This document shows positions 19,741 to 28,709 of a DNA stretch of 64,000 nucleotides, piece by piece. Both the position numbers and the translations under genes were made by a program. Numbering within the stretch: position 1 is the first letter of the stretch; each line of letters opens with the position of its first letter. Source of the DNA: an uncultured delta proteobacterium (GTDB lineage: Bacteria > Myxococcota > Myxococcia > Myxococcales > Myxococcaceae); NCBI GenBank assembly GCA_963776345.1, contig CAVZMH010000022.1, positions 448,001 to 512,000 on the forward strand. Reading direction: 5' to 3'. Under the pieces are notes generated by a model. That model saw only the letters and a list, made by a program, of their open reading frames with translations. It was not told where the DNA came from and did not search any database.

Positions 19741-19755
19741 TGGCATCTCTCGTGC
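19741..19755 (+). promoter_or_regulatory. Sigma54-like -24/-12 element
   Basis: TGGCAtctctcgTGC (GG-N10-GC) ending 15 nt before ATG 19771. Confidence 0.4.
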
Positions 19756-19770
19756 TCGTCGGCCCGCCCC

Positions 19771-20343
19771 ATGAGCGAGGTCTGTGTCGCGAAGGTGAGG
19801 AAGGGCGCCTGGGCCCCGGCGGTGCTCGAGGCGATGGAGAGGCTCGTCTTGGCGAGCGGCGCGCGGGGGAGAACCGTCCTGGACGACGAGCTACGTCGCT
19901 GCGACATGCTCTACCTGGCGTCGGACGCGGACGGGCTGCTGGCGTTCCTGCTCGTCGCCCGGGTGCGGTTGCCGGTGGGCGCCGAATGCCGGCAAGCGAG
20001 GTACCTGGGGCTCAGCGCCGTCCGGCAGGACAGGACGGGCTCCGAGGCGGCGGCAGCCGTCTACACTCGTTTCGCGGCCGACGCGCAGCTCGACGAGCAG
20101 AAGCTGCGCGTTCGGTTGCCGCTCTTCACGACGACGGCGACCCCGTTCGCGTTGCGCGCAGCGCACTCGTTCTGGACCGACGTCCATCCCGCGCAGGACG
20201 GCTCCTTCCCGGAGAGCCTCCTTCCCCTCGCGTCCGCTGCGGCGTTGTGGCTCGGCAAGACGCCATCGGCTCCTCAGGCGAAGGGGGATCGGCTCCTCCT
20301 GTTCTGTTCGCCGGCGAACGGCGTTCAGTCCGAGGCCGCCTGA
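19771..20343 (+). CDS. Hypothetical protein, GNAT-like fold
   Basis: LYLASDADGLLAFLL...RYLGLSAVRQDRTGSEAA resembles GNAT motif A. Confidence 0.55.
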   Translation: MSEVCVAKVRKGAWAPAVLEAMERLVLASGARGRTVLDDELRRCDMLYLASDADGLLAFLLVARVRLPVGAECRQARYLGLSAVRQDRTGSEAAAAVYTRFAADAQLDEQKLRVRLPLFTTTATPFALRAAHSFWTDVHPAQDGSFPESLLPLASAAALWLGKTPSAPQAKGDRLLLFCSPANGVQSEAA

Positions 20344-20416
20344 GCGGTGGCCCGGTCTCGACCTGGGACCACTCCTCCGCGTCGCAGCCGCCCGCCGTAT
20401 CCTGGCTAGCGGGCTC

Positions 20417-21052
20417 CTAACCAGCCAGGTAGAGCCCGCCGGTGCGTTCCAGCCAGTCGGCCACGCGGTCCGCCGCCTGCGCCACGTCACCATCGGATAC
20501 GTCGAGCTCGAGCACCGGCAGGATCGAGCGGCGCACCGCCTCGCGGAAGTCGTCCTGCTCCCGGACGAAGACCGAGAGATCGTCGTACTGACGCGGGTTG
20601 CCGGAGACGGTGAGGCGCTCCTCGCGCGCGGCGGCGAACGAGCCCGGTGTCCGGGTGCAGAGCACGATGCGGAACCCGAGCGGCAGCAGCCGCTCCTCGA
20701 GCCACCGGAAATCCAGCTCCCGTCGCCGCTCCCGCCTCTGCCACACCTGGGTCGAGACGTGGAAGCGGTCGACGATCCAGGAGTAGAAACGCTGCAGCTC
20801 GAACAGCCGGGCCCAGGTGGCGTAGGTCTCCAGCGCCAGGGCCTCCTCCCCGGGACCGTCGAAGTTGATCAGGCCCCGCCCCCACGGGAAGTTGGTGAAG
20901 GCGCACCATTCTGCCGAGACCAGCGGCGAGTGGTACCGGTACTTCCTCGGGCCGACCACTCGCGGGTGCTCGTTCAGCGCGAACGCCAGGTCCGTCTTGT
21001 GGGTGAGCCGGGTCCCCTCGAGAATGACCTTCGGAACCAGCTTGCCGGACAT
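20417..21052 (-). CDS. Hypothetical protein, thymidylate/NMP-kinase-like P-loop fold
   Basis: VILEGTRLTHKT (deviant Walker A); IVDRFHVS (DR motif). Confidence 0.65.
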   Translation of the reverse strand: MSGKLVPKVILEGTRLTHKTDLAFALNEHPRVVGPRKYRYHSPLVSAEWCAFTNFPWGRGLINFDGPGEEALALETYATWARLFELQRFYSWIVDRFHVSTQVWQRRERRRELDFRWLEERLLPLGFRIVLCTRTPGSFAAAREERLTVSGNPRQYDDLSVFVREQDDFREAVRRSILPVLELDVSDGDVAQAADRVADWLERTGGLYLAG

Positions 21053-21063
21053 GGGACCCCTGT

Positions 21064-21717
21064 TCAGCACCCGGGAAAGCTGGCGGTGCCCATCCGTTCG
21101 GCGGTCCGGGTGCGTGCGGCGGCAGCGATCTCGAGAACCGTGGCAACCGCGTTCCACGCCGCGCGCTGAAGCTCTGGCGTGGTCGCGTACTTGGCGAGGA
21201 GCCGCTGACCCAGTTGCTGGTGCGCGCGCTCGTCGGGCTGGATGTACTCGCGATAGATGCGGGTCGTCTCTCCGTCGCCACGCCGGTCACAGAACGTCAT
21301 GAAGTTCTCGTTGACCGCATAGGCGATGGACTCCAGCGTGAACAGCCCCGCGGCGACTCGCTCCACCGTTGTGGAGAGACCCTTCAGATACGCGAAGAGC
21401 GGGCTTTCACCGGGAGGACGGAACGCGCTGACGTCGAACCCCAGGGCCGAGAGCCGGTCGGCGACGAGTCGAAAGTGCCCAGCCTCATCTCCAGCCTGTC
21501 GGGCGAACGCGAGCTTCACGTCGATCTCCGTCGTGCTCGGCATCCACAGCGCCGCCAGCTCGCTGACGCTGATCTCGTTGGCGAGGGCAACCTGCAGCAT
21601 CTTCGTCGCGTCGCCCGGCGCGCCCTCCGCCAGCGAAGTCCGGCCCGCTCCGACGATGGGCGAGAGCCGCTCTGCCTTGAAGGTTTCCAGCTCTCGCACG
21701 AAGGCGGTGGCATCCAT
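21064..21717 (-). CDS. Ferritin-like di-iron carboxylate protein
   Basis: ANE...DEAGH...TLE...DERAH; ends PGC; GGAGG RBS. Confidence 0.85.
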   Translation of the reverse strand: MDATAFVRELETFKAERLSPIVGAGRTSLAEGAPGDATKMLQVALANEISVSELAALWMPSTTEIDVKLAFARQAGDEAGHFRLVADRLSALGFDVSAFRPPGESPLFAYLKGLSTTVERVAAGLFTLESIAYAVNENFMTFCDRRGDGETTRIYREYIQPDERAHQQLGQRLLAKYATTPELQRAAWNAVATVLEIAAAARTRTAERMGTASFPGC

Positions 21718-21752
21718 CGAGTCTGCCTCCAGGGAATCGGTCCGTTCGCCAG

Positions 21753-23408
21753 TCAAGGCTGCCACGCGTACGGAGGCAAGGTGGTGAGCCGGACATCCTC
21801 GACGTGGCCACCGACGGTGAAGTGGTAGAGGCTCTGCCAGTCGCGCGACTTGATGCCGAAGACCTCGTGAACCGGGTCGTCGAAGTAGCAGCCGATTCCG
21901 GTCGAGCGAATGCCCGCCTCCTCGGCTTCGAGGTACAGGACCTGGCCGACGAGGCCCGCTTCCCAGAAGAGGTTCCGGTAGAACCCGGCCCCATGGACGA
22001 GCAGGCTGTCCAGGTAGTCGGCGATCATCCCCAGGCTGAACGCCCCATCGCCGGCGATGTCCTGGCCACAGGAGACACTTGCAGCCAGAGCGCGGCAGTC
22101 CCCTTCCTCGAGCAAATACAGCGGAAGCCCGCGGGGACACGAGGGCGGGCGCTGCCAGAGGAAATTGGGACGCATGATCTCTCGAAGTGCGTCCACCTTT
22201 GCGGCATCACGGGCAAGCGCGTAGAGGCCCGGCGCCAGGCCGGTCACGCGGTGCACGAAGAGGCCCAGATGGATGCGGGGACGCCATGGGATGGCATCCC
22301 ACGGCATCTGCCTCTCACCTCGCGTGGGCACCAGACGGCCGAGCATCCGGAAGAAGGTCGCCGCCGAGATCGCGGTGGACGCGTCCATGCTCACCGCGCT
22401 CCGGCGCCCCAGAATCACCCTCTCCGCCGTGAATGAACCCGAGCGAACGGGCGACTCGAAGAGGTCTCCCTCGGAAGGGCACGCGGAGAAATCGTCCTCG
22501 AACGGAGTCCCAGGGGTCGACGTGGCACGCGCCACCTCGTCGATCACTGGCCACTCCACACCGTGGTGGGGACTCAGGACGTTGGCCTTCCCGTGCCATC
22601 GGCCGGCCGACACCTCGTGGACAGCCTCCTCGGGCAGGGTCAGGCCACGTGGGTCGTCCCAGGCACCCGGCGTGACCACCGCCAGGAGCTCCGCGTGCTC
22701 TCGCTCGGCACCGCCGTCGTCGCCATCACGATCGAGGCCCAGCAGCAGGGAGACTGCCACGTCGCTCTCGTGGAGGAGACGGAGCTTCCAGCCCAGGGCG
22801 GCCGCGGCGAAGCGCATGGCTCCGAGCGCATGCCCGACATCGTGCTGGCAGTACCGGAACGCCCGCTCGCCGTACTTCCAGGCTTCCCGCCAGAGAACGG
22901 ACGTGAGACCCACCAGGAAGGAGGTCTCGGGGAGCGCGCGCGTCAGCTCCGTCCAGACACCGGGGACGACCTCTGCGCGACGTTCGAGCCCATGTTCCCT
23001 CGGAGCGTAGTGGTAGACGCCGGGACGCTGGTGAAGTCCATCCATGCCTGGCAGGAGCGCGTATCCCTCCGTGGGGTGCAGGTTTCCGCTCGACGGATTG
23101 GCGCGGAGAGCCCACGTGGTCCCCTGAGCGCTCTTCCACGCGGTCAGAGACAGAGCGTAACGAAAGAAGACCGAGATCGAGTCGATGCCCAGCGAGACCG
23201 GTGTCACGCTCCGGGTGAGGTAGAGCTGCCAGTACGGCAGCGCTCGACCCTCCTTCGGGAGCGGTAACCGAACCAGAGCGGCGCCGTCGTAGCGCCGGAA
23301 CGGATCCGGCTGCGTGGCCCAGTCCATGTAGCCCAGCGAGGCGGCGAAGTGGCCGACGTGGTGCTTGGTGCGCTCGTGGTAGGCGACGACGATCTCTTCG
23401 GCGGACAT
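21753..23408 (-). CDS. SagB/ThcOx family dehydrogenase (double nitroreductase-domain FMN enzyme)
   Basis: YHERTKH...WATQPDPFRRY...LRANPSSGNLHPTEGY...WREAWKYGERAFRYC...RRSA...TGIGCYFDD. Confidence 0.9.
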   Translation of the reverse strand: MSAEEIVVAYHERTKHHVGHFAASLGYMDWATQPDPFRRYDGAALVRLPLPKEGRALPYWQLYLTRSVTPVSLGIDSISVFFRYALSLTAWKSAQGTTWALRANPSSGNLHPTEGYALLPGMDGLHQRPGVYHYAPREHGLERRAEVVPGVWTELTRALPETSFLVGLTSVLWREAWKYGERAFRYCQHDVGHALGAMRFAAAALGWKLRLLHESDVAVSLLLGLDRDGDDGGAEREHAELLAVVTPGAWDDPRGLTLPEEAVHEVSAGRWHGKANVLSPHHGVEWPVIDEVARATSTPGTPFEDDFSACPSEGDLFESPVRSGSFTAERVILGRRSAVSMDASTAISAATFFRMLGRLVPTRGERQMPWDAIPWRPRIHLGLFVHRVTGLAPGLYALARDAAKVDALREIMRPNFLWQRPPSCPRGLPLYLLEEGDCRALAASVSCGQDIAGDGAFSLGMIADYLDSLLVHGAGFYRNLFWEAGLVGQVLYLEAEEAGIRSTGIGCYFDDPVHEVFGIKSRDWQSLYHFTVGGHVEDVRLTTLPPYAWQP

Positions 23409-23515
23409 CCTGAGGACCCACCTGACTCTCGGTTCCGGAGGACGAACGATGAGCCGCTCCGTCCAGGAGCGCAACGCACCGCGCGATCCTCGACCCCCGC
23501 TCTGCCCGCTCGCGT

Positions 23516-24277
23516 CTACTTCGAGCCCGCGTCCGCTCCGGTCAGCTTCCGCCACGCCCAGCGGAGGGGGTCGAAGAACTCGTCGATCACCCTTTCTTTG
23601 AGGGGAATGATCGCGTTGTCGGTGATCCGGATGCCTTCCGGGCAGACCTCCGTGCAGCACTTGGTGATGTTGCACATGCCGAGGCCCATCTTCTCCTTGA
23701 GCAGCGTCCGCCGGTCGTTGGTGTCCAGAGGATGCATCTCCAGCGCCGCGTAGCGGACGAACATCCGCGGGCCGGCGAAGTGCTTCTTGTTCTCGGCGTG
23801 GTCACGGATGACGTGGCAGACGTTCTGGCAGAGGAAGCACTCGATGCACTTGTGGAACTCCTGCACCCGGTCGATGTCCTCCTGCATCATCCGGTACGTT
23901 CCGTCGGGCAGCCGGGGCGCGGGCTTGAACGCCGGCACCCGCTTGGCCATCTCGAAGTTGAACGAGACGTCGGTGACCAGATCGCGCAGGACCGGGAAGG
24001 TCTTCATCGGTGCCACCGTGATGGGCACCGAGGTGTCGAGCGCGCTCATCCGCGTCATGCACATCAGCCGCGGCTTCCCGTTCACCTCGGCGCTGCACGA
24101 GCCGCACTTTCCGGCCTTGCAGTTCCAGCGGACGGCCAGGTCGCCGGCCTGGGTCGCCTGGAGCACGTGCAGAACGTCGAGAAGGACCATGCCCTCTTCC
24201 CAGGGCACGTCGTACTCACGGAGCTGGCCTCCCGAGGCGTCACCCCTCCAGATCCGAAGCTTCGCCACCCGCGCCAT
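23516..24277 (-). CDS. sdhB: Succinate dehydrogenase/fumarate reductase iron-sulfur subunit
   Basis: WNCKAGKCGSC, CIECFLCQNVC, CNITKCCTEVCP. Confidence 0.95.
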   Translation of the reverse strand: MARVAKLRIWRGDASGGQLREYDVPWEEGMVLLDVLHVLQATQAGDLAVRWNCKAGKCGSCSAEVNGKPRLMCMTRMSALDTSVPITVAPMKTFPVLRDLVTDVSFNFEMAKRVPAFKPAPRLPDGTYRMMQEDIDRVQEFHKCIECFLCQNVCHVIRDHAENKKHFAGPRMFVRYAALEMHPLDTNDRRTLLKEKMGLGMCNITKCCTEVCPEGIRITDNAIIPLKERVIDEFFDPLRWAWRKLTGADAGSK

Positions 24278-24280
24278 CCG

Positions 24281-26071
24281 TCACCCCTCGAGCAGAGACT
24301 TCAACTCCTCGGGCATCGCGGCGATGGGCTCGGGGGACACCGACAAGCCGTCGCCCCGCTTGCGCACCACCATGTTCACCTTGGCAAAGGCTGGATCCGG
24401 CTTCGGATGGTCGTCGCGGGCGTGACCGCCGCGGCTCTCCCTCCGCTCGATCGCCGCCCTGGCCACGGCCTCGGCGCAGACCAGAAGCGAGCGGAGATCC
24501 AGCGCCAGGTGCCAGCCCGGGTTGTACTGGCGATGCCCCTCGACCCGGGCGCGCTTCAACCGGGCGCGCAGCTCGCCGATCTTCTCCACCGCGCGCTCGA
24601 GCTCGTGCTGGACGCGGATGATGCCCACGTCCGACTGCATCGTCTTCTGCAGCTCGTGGTGAAGGGTATAGGGGTTCTCGGTGCCGCCCGGATCGAAGGG
24701 AGCCAGGGCCTCCCTCGCGAGCGCTTCCACGCGCCTGGCGTCGATGGAGAGCGTCGCTCCGAGGGACTTCGCGTACTCGGCCGCGGCCGCTCCAGCTCGC
24801 CGCCCGAAGACCAGGAGGTCCGAGAGGGAGTTTCCGCCCAGGCGGTTGGCGCCGTGGAGCCCGCCAGCGACCTCGCCCGCGGCGAACAGGCCCGGGACCG
24901 CGGTGGCCGAACGATCTCCATCCACCCGCACTCCACCGTTCATGTAGTGGGCGGTCGGGCCGACCTCCATCGGGGTCGTGGTGATGTCCACGTCCGCCAG
25001 CTGCTTGAATTGATGGTACATCGACGGCAGGCGGCGCTTGATGGTCTCCGCGTCCCGACGGGTGGCGATGTCGAGGAAGACGCCGCCGTGTGGACTGCCG
25101 CGGCCGGCCTTCACCTCGGCGTTGATGGCCCGAGCCACCTCGTCGCGTGGCAGCAGCTCCGGTGGACGGCGGTTGTTCTTCTTGTCGGTGTACCAGCGGT
25201 CGGCTTCGGCCTCGGAGTCGGCTGTCTCTTTCTTGAAGAACTCGGGGATGTAGTCGAACATGAAGCGACGTCCCTGCGAGTTCCGGAGCACGCCTCCATC
25301 ACCGCGGACGCCCTCGGTGACCAGGATTCCCCGGACGCTGTGAGGCCAGACCATCCCGGTGGGGTGGAACTGGTAGCACTCCATGTCGATGAGGTCCGCT
25401 CCGGCGTCCAGGGCCATCGCCACGCCGTCGCCGGTGTACTCCCAGGAGTTCGAGGTGAATTCCCACGCCTTGCCGATCCCGCCGGTGGCCAGCACCACGG
25501 CCTTCGCCTTGAAGAGGACGAACTTCCCCGACTCGCGCCAGTAGCCGAAGGCGCCGCACACCCGGTCGCCGTCCTTGAGGAGGCTCACCAGGGTGCACTC
25601 CATGTAGACCGCGAGGCCCTTGTGCACCGCGTGCTGCTGGAGCGTGCGGATCATCTCCAGCCCGGTCCGGTCGCCGACGTGGGCCAGCCGCGCGTAACGG
25701 TGCCCTCCGAAGTCGCGCTGGAGGATCAGTCCGTCCTTCGTCCGGTCGAAGAGGGCGCCCCACTCCTCCAGCTCCAGCACCCGGGCCGGAGCCTCCTGGG
25801 CGTGGAGCTGCGCCATGCGCCAGTTGTTGAGGAGCTTCCCGCCGCGCATCGTGTCGCGGAAGTGGACCTTCCAGCTGTCCTCGGGCCAGACGTTGCCCAG
25901 GGCGGCGGCGATCCCCCCCTCGGCCATCACCGTGTGGGCCTTGCCGAGCAGCGACTTGCAGATCAGCGCCGTGTCAGCGCCCTGGGCGGAGGCCTCGATG
26001 GCCGCGCGCAGGCCCGCTCCGCCGGCGCCGATGATCAGGACGTCGTGCTCGTGTGTCTCGTACTCGGCCAT
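24281..26071 (-). CDS. sdhA: Succinate dehydrogenase/fumarate reductase flavoprotein subunit
   Basis: GAGGAG, KAHTVMAEGG (covalent FAD His), QFHPTG, HYMNGG, HGANRLGGNSL, ESRGGH. Confidence 0.95.
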   Translation of the reverse strand: MAEYETHEHDVLIIGAGGAGLRAAIEASAQGADTALICKSLLGKAHTVMAEGGIAAALGNVWPEDSWKVHFRDTMRGGKLLNNWRMAQLHAQEAPARVLELEEWGALFDRTKDGLILQRDFGGHRYARLAHVGDRTGLEMIRTLQQHAVHKGLAVYMECTLVSLLKDGDRVCGAFGYWRESGKFVLFKAKAVVLATGGIGKAWEFTSNSWEYTGDGVAMALDAGADLIDMECYQFHPTGMVWPHSVRGILVTEGVRGDGGVLRNSQGRRFMFDYIPEFFKKETADSEAEADRWYTDKKNNRRPPELLPRDEVARAINAEVKAGRGSPHGGVFLDIATRRDAETIKRRLPSMYHQFKQLADVDITTTPMEVGPTAHYMNGGVRVDGDRSATAVPGLFAAGEVAGGLHGANRLGGNSLSDLLVFGRRAGAAAAEYAKSLGATLSIDARRVEALAREALAPFDPGGTENPYTLHHELQKTMQSDVGIIRVQHELERAVEKIGELRARLKRARVEGHRQYNPGWHLALDLRSLLVCAEAVARAAIERRESRGGHARDDHPKPDPAFAKVNMVVRKRGDGLSVSPEPIAAMPEELKSLLEG

Positions 26072-26850
26072 CAGAAGAGTCTCAGGTCACGGATGGCGCC
26101 CGTGGCGAGGAGGCGAACATAGAGGTCGGTCAGGGCCACTCCGAAGAGGCTCGCCCAGGCGATCTGGGCATGCCACTCGTTGAGGACGCTGAGCCTCTTC
26201 CACAGCCGGTAGCGGGTGGGGGACTTCGAGAAGTGGTCCAGGCCGCCGCCGCAGGCGTGCCGGCAGGCGTGACACGAGAGCGTATAGAGCGTGAGCAGCG
26301 AGGCGTTGGCCAGCAGGACCAGCGTGCCCACCCCGAGGCCCAAGCCATCGCCGAACCGGAAGGCCAGGAGCGCGTCCCACCACAGGAACACCAGGATGGG
26401 GATGGAGAGGTAGAAGAAGTAGCGGTGGATGTTCTGGAGGATGAGGGGGAAGCGGCTCTCGCCGAAGTACCGGGCGCGCGCGTCGGGCACCGCGCACGCC
26501 GGAGGGGCCCAGACGAAGGCCCGGTAGTACGCCTTGCGGTAGTAGTAGCAGGTCAGCCGGAAGCCGCCCGGTGCCCAGAGGATGAGGATGGCCGGCGACC
26601 ACTTCCACCAATCACCGAGCACCGGCACGCTGAGGTGCGAGCAGTTCGCGCTCAGGCAGGGCGAATAGAAGGGTGAGAGGTAGGGGGCGGCGTAGTAGTT
26701 CGCGTTCTGGAGCCCGGCCCAGGTGGCGTAGACGACGAAGCCGCCGAGGATGGCCACGGTGATGACGGGCTTCACCCACCAGGCGTCGAGCCGCTGGGGC
26801 GCACGCGTGAGGATCGAGGTGGGCGGCGCCTGCGGTGCAACGGCCGACAT
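26071..26850 (-). CDS. sdhC: Succinate dehydrogenase membrane anchor, mycobacterial Sdh1 (type F)-like
   Basis: YLSPFYSPC, FRLTCYYYRKAYYR, QNIHRYFFY, SCHACRH, H..IAW; GGAGG RBS; overlaps sdhA start. Confidence 0.85.
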   Translation of the reverse strand: MSAVAPQAPPTSILTRAPQRLDAWWVKPVITVAILGGFVVYATWAGLQNANYYAAPYLSPFYSPCLSANCSHLSVPVLGDWWKWSPAILILWAPGGFRLTCYYYRKAYYRAFVWAPPACAVPDARARYFGESRFPLILQNIHRYFFYLSIPILVFLWWDALLAFRFGDGLGLGVGTLVLLANASLLTLYTLSCHACRHACGGGLDHFSKSPTRYRLWKRLSVLNEWHAQIAWASLFGVALTDLYVRLLATGAIRDLRLF

Positions 26851-26896
26851 CCAGACCTCCATCAGGGGGCGAGGAGTTCGCCGACGATGCAGCGAA

Positions 26897-26925
26897 AGTC
26901 TCCGGGGACAGCCCCGGGGTGTCAA
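26897..26925 (-). promoter_or_regulatory. Sigma70-like promoter for the sdh operon
   Basis: Minus strand TTGACA-17 nt-GAGACT; spacer holds a CCGGGG/CCCCGG inverted repeat. Confidence 0.5.
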
Positions 26926-26952
26926 GGAGTGACGATGCGTCCCCGGGAGCGG

Positions 26953-27453
26953 CTACTCGAGCCGCAACTCGCTGGGCTCGTCGTTCGCGGGGCGGAGTTG
27001 CACATTCTCCATCAGCACGCGCGCGCAAGTGTTCCAGCGAAGGATGGCGTCGTCGTTTCCGGGCGGCCTGAGCGCTTCCGCCTGTGAGTACCAGCGCATC
27101 GCGCGGCGGAAGCCGTCGTACGCTTCCTGGGGCCCGAGCGGCCCGCCGGACTCGAGCTTGGCCCGGGCGAGGCGCTCGTCGACGATGCCGGCGTAGTAGC
27201 AACGGTCGTACTCGGACGCGAAGTGGTCGAGGAGCGCGCGAGCCCGCGGGACGTCGGGTGGATGGCCGGTGCGGAAGCCGTCGGTGACGGCCAGCAAGTA
27301 GAGGGTGATGGCCTGCTGGTTGCCGGGCTCGGTGCGGAGCACGTCCTGGCAGATGCTCTCGGCTTGCTCGGGCTCGTTGAGCAGCCGGTAGCGCTCGGCC
27401 TTGGCGAGCGCAGCGGGGATGGCCTCGGCGCGCAGCGGCTTGAGCTCGAACAC
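26953..27453 (-). CDS. Hypothetical helical-repeat (TPR-like) protein
   Basis: GTG start with GAGGAGG RBS; FELKPLRAEAIPAALAKAERYRLLNEPEQAESICQDVL...GNDDAILRWNTC. Confidence 0.8.
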   Translation of the reverse strand: MFELKPLRAEAIPAALAKAERYRLLNEPEQAESICQDVLRTEPGNQQAITLYLLAVTDGFRTGHPPDVPRARALLDHFASEYDRCYYAGIVDERLARAKLESGGPLGPQEAYDGFRRAMRWYSQAEALRPPGNDDAILRWNTCARVLMENVQLRPANDEPSELRLE

Positions 27454-27593
27454 GGGCGCCTCCTCGGCGGTGACGGAGTGAGCTCTTCGGTTCTTACCAC
27501 GACCCCCTGCGGCTCCAGTCCATCTCCGCCTGCCGATGACGCTTCGCGGCGAGATTCGGGCGCGCTGCGCCGCAAGCGGTTCGTCCAGACCCG

Positions 27594-28100
27594 CTACGTT
27601 GCTGCTGATCCCGCGCCGAGCTCGGTGATGATCGCCGTCCGGACGTCGCGGAGCAGCCGGAGCAGGGTGGCCTCGGCGACCCGATGTCCCAGGGCGGCGT
27701 CGATGGCCGTCCCCAGAGTCCCGAGCGGGGGGCGGTAGCGACCCTGCAGATCGAGCTGCGTCTCGTGTGGCGACAGGGGGTAGGCGCTGAGCGTGGCCTC
27801 CATCGAGGGGAAGAAGCCGGCGTTCTGGGCAGCCTGCCAGGTGAAGTCGAGGCGCGTCCGCGGGTCGCCGACCGCAGTGACCTCGTCGATGATGGCGCCG
27901 ATCTTGAGCTGGACGTCGACCCCGACCTCCACCGGGCCGACGTTCAGGCGTAAGGTGGCCATGAGCTCGCGGGCGCGGTCGTTCGCCGTGGCCGTGGCGC
28001 GGGCGAAGATCCCGGCAGCGTCGGAACGGAGGAGCTCGCGGACCCGATCGTAGGGCACAGTCACGTAGTCGAAACAGCGCACCTCGCGTGACTCCGACAT
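27594..28100 (-). CDS. Hypothetical protein (possible SRPBCC-like fold)
   Basis: MSESREVRCFDYV...FFPSMEATLSAYPL...GRYRPPLGTLGTAIDAALGHRVAEA. Confidence 0.7.
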   Translation of the reverse strand: MSESREVRCFDYVTVPYDRVRELLRSDAAGIFARATATANDRARELMATLRLNVGPVEVGVDVQLKIGAIIDEVTAVGDPRTRLDFTWQAAQNAGFFPSMEATLSAYPLSPHETQLDLQGRYRPPLGTLGTAIDAALGHRVAEATLLRLLRDVRTAIITELGAGSAAT

Positions 28101-28137
28101 GGTCTTGGCATACCACGGAAGGCCTAGACTTCGCCGC

Positions 28138-28689
28138 ATGCCACGCGTTGGGGTGCTGCTCATCTCTGGCCTGCTGCTCTCCTCGTACGCACGGGCCAAG
28201 GATTCGGAGGCGCCGATGCAGATCTCGTCACCGAGCTTCACCCATCAGGGCGCGATTCCGGCGAAGTACACCTGCGAGGGAACCGACACCTCGCCGCCGC
28301 TCGCCTGGAGCGGAGTCCCTCCCTCCACGAAGAGTCTGGCCCTCATCGTCGACGACCCCGATGCCCCGGATCCGAGCGCACCGAGGATGACGTGGGTCCA
28401 CTGGGTCGTTTACAACTTGCCGCCACAGAGCACTGCACTCGGAGAAGGCGCGTCGGGGAAGTCGCTTCCGCAGGGGGCCAGGGAAGGGCTCAACGACTGG
28501 AAGAAGCCCGCCTACGGTGGGCCGTGCCCGCCCATCGGACGTCATCGATACGTCTTCAAGCTGTATGCGCTCGACATCGCGCTGCCTGATCTCGGCAGGC
28601 CCTCGAAGGCGGATGTGCTGAAGGCGATGCAGGGGCACGTGGTGGGCAACGCGGAGCTGGTCGGGACGTACCAGAAGGGCAAGAGGTGA
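28138..28689 (+). CDS. YbhB/YbcL (PEBP, Raf kinase inhibitor-like) protein
   Basis: SPPLAWS, DDPDAP, WVHWVVYN, YGGPCPPIGRHRY; signal peptide. Confidence 0.93.
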   Translation: MPRVGVLLISGLLLSSYARAKDSEAPMQISSPSFTHQGAIPAKYTCEGTDTSPPLAWSGVPPSTKSLALIVDDPDAPDPSAPRMTWVHWVVYNLPPQSTALGEGASGKSLPQGAREGLNDWKKPAYGGPCPPIGRHRYVFKLYALDIALPDLGRPSKADVLKAMQGHVVGNAELVGTYQKGKR

Positions 28690-28709
28690 CGACACCTCGG
28701 GGAGGTTCA

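Noticed and set aside
21064..21072. Gly-Cys-TGA ending as possible selenocysteine
   Set aside because: Read-through gives non-coding-like sequence overlapping the next gene, whose start lies 11 nt on; I saw no convincing SECIS hairpin
6840..23408. YcaO plus SagB-like dehydrogenase as one azole RiPP cluster
   Set aside because: About 14 kb apart with unrelated genes between; the YcaO is TfuA-type; no E1/RRE partner or Cys/Ser/Thr-rich precursor seen
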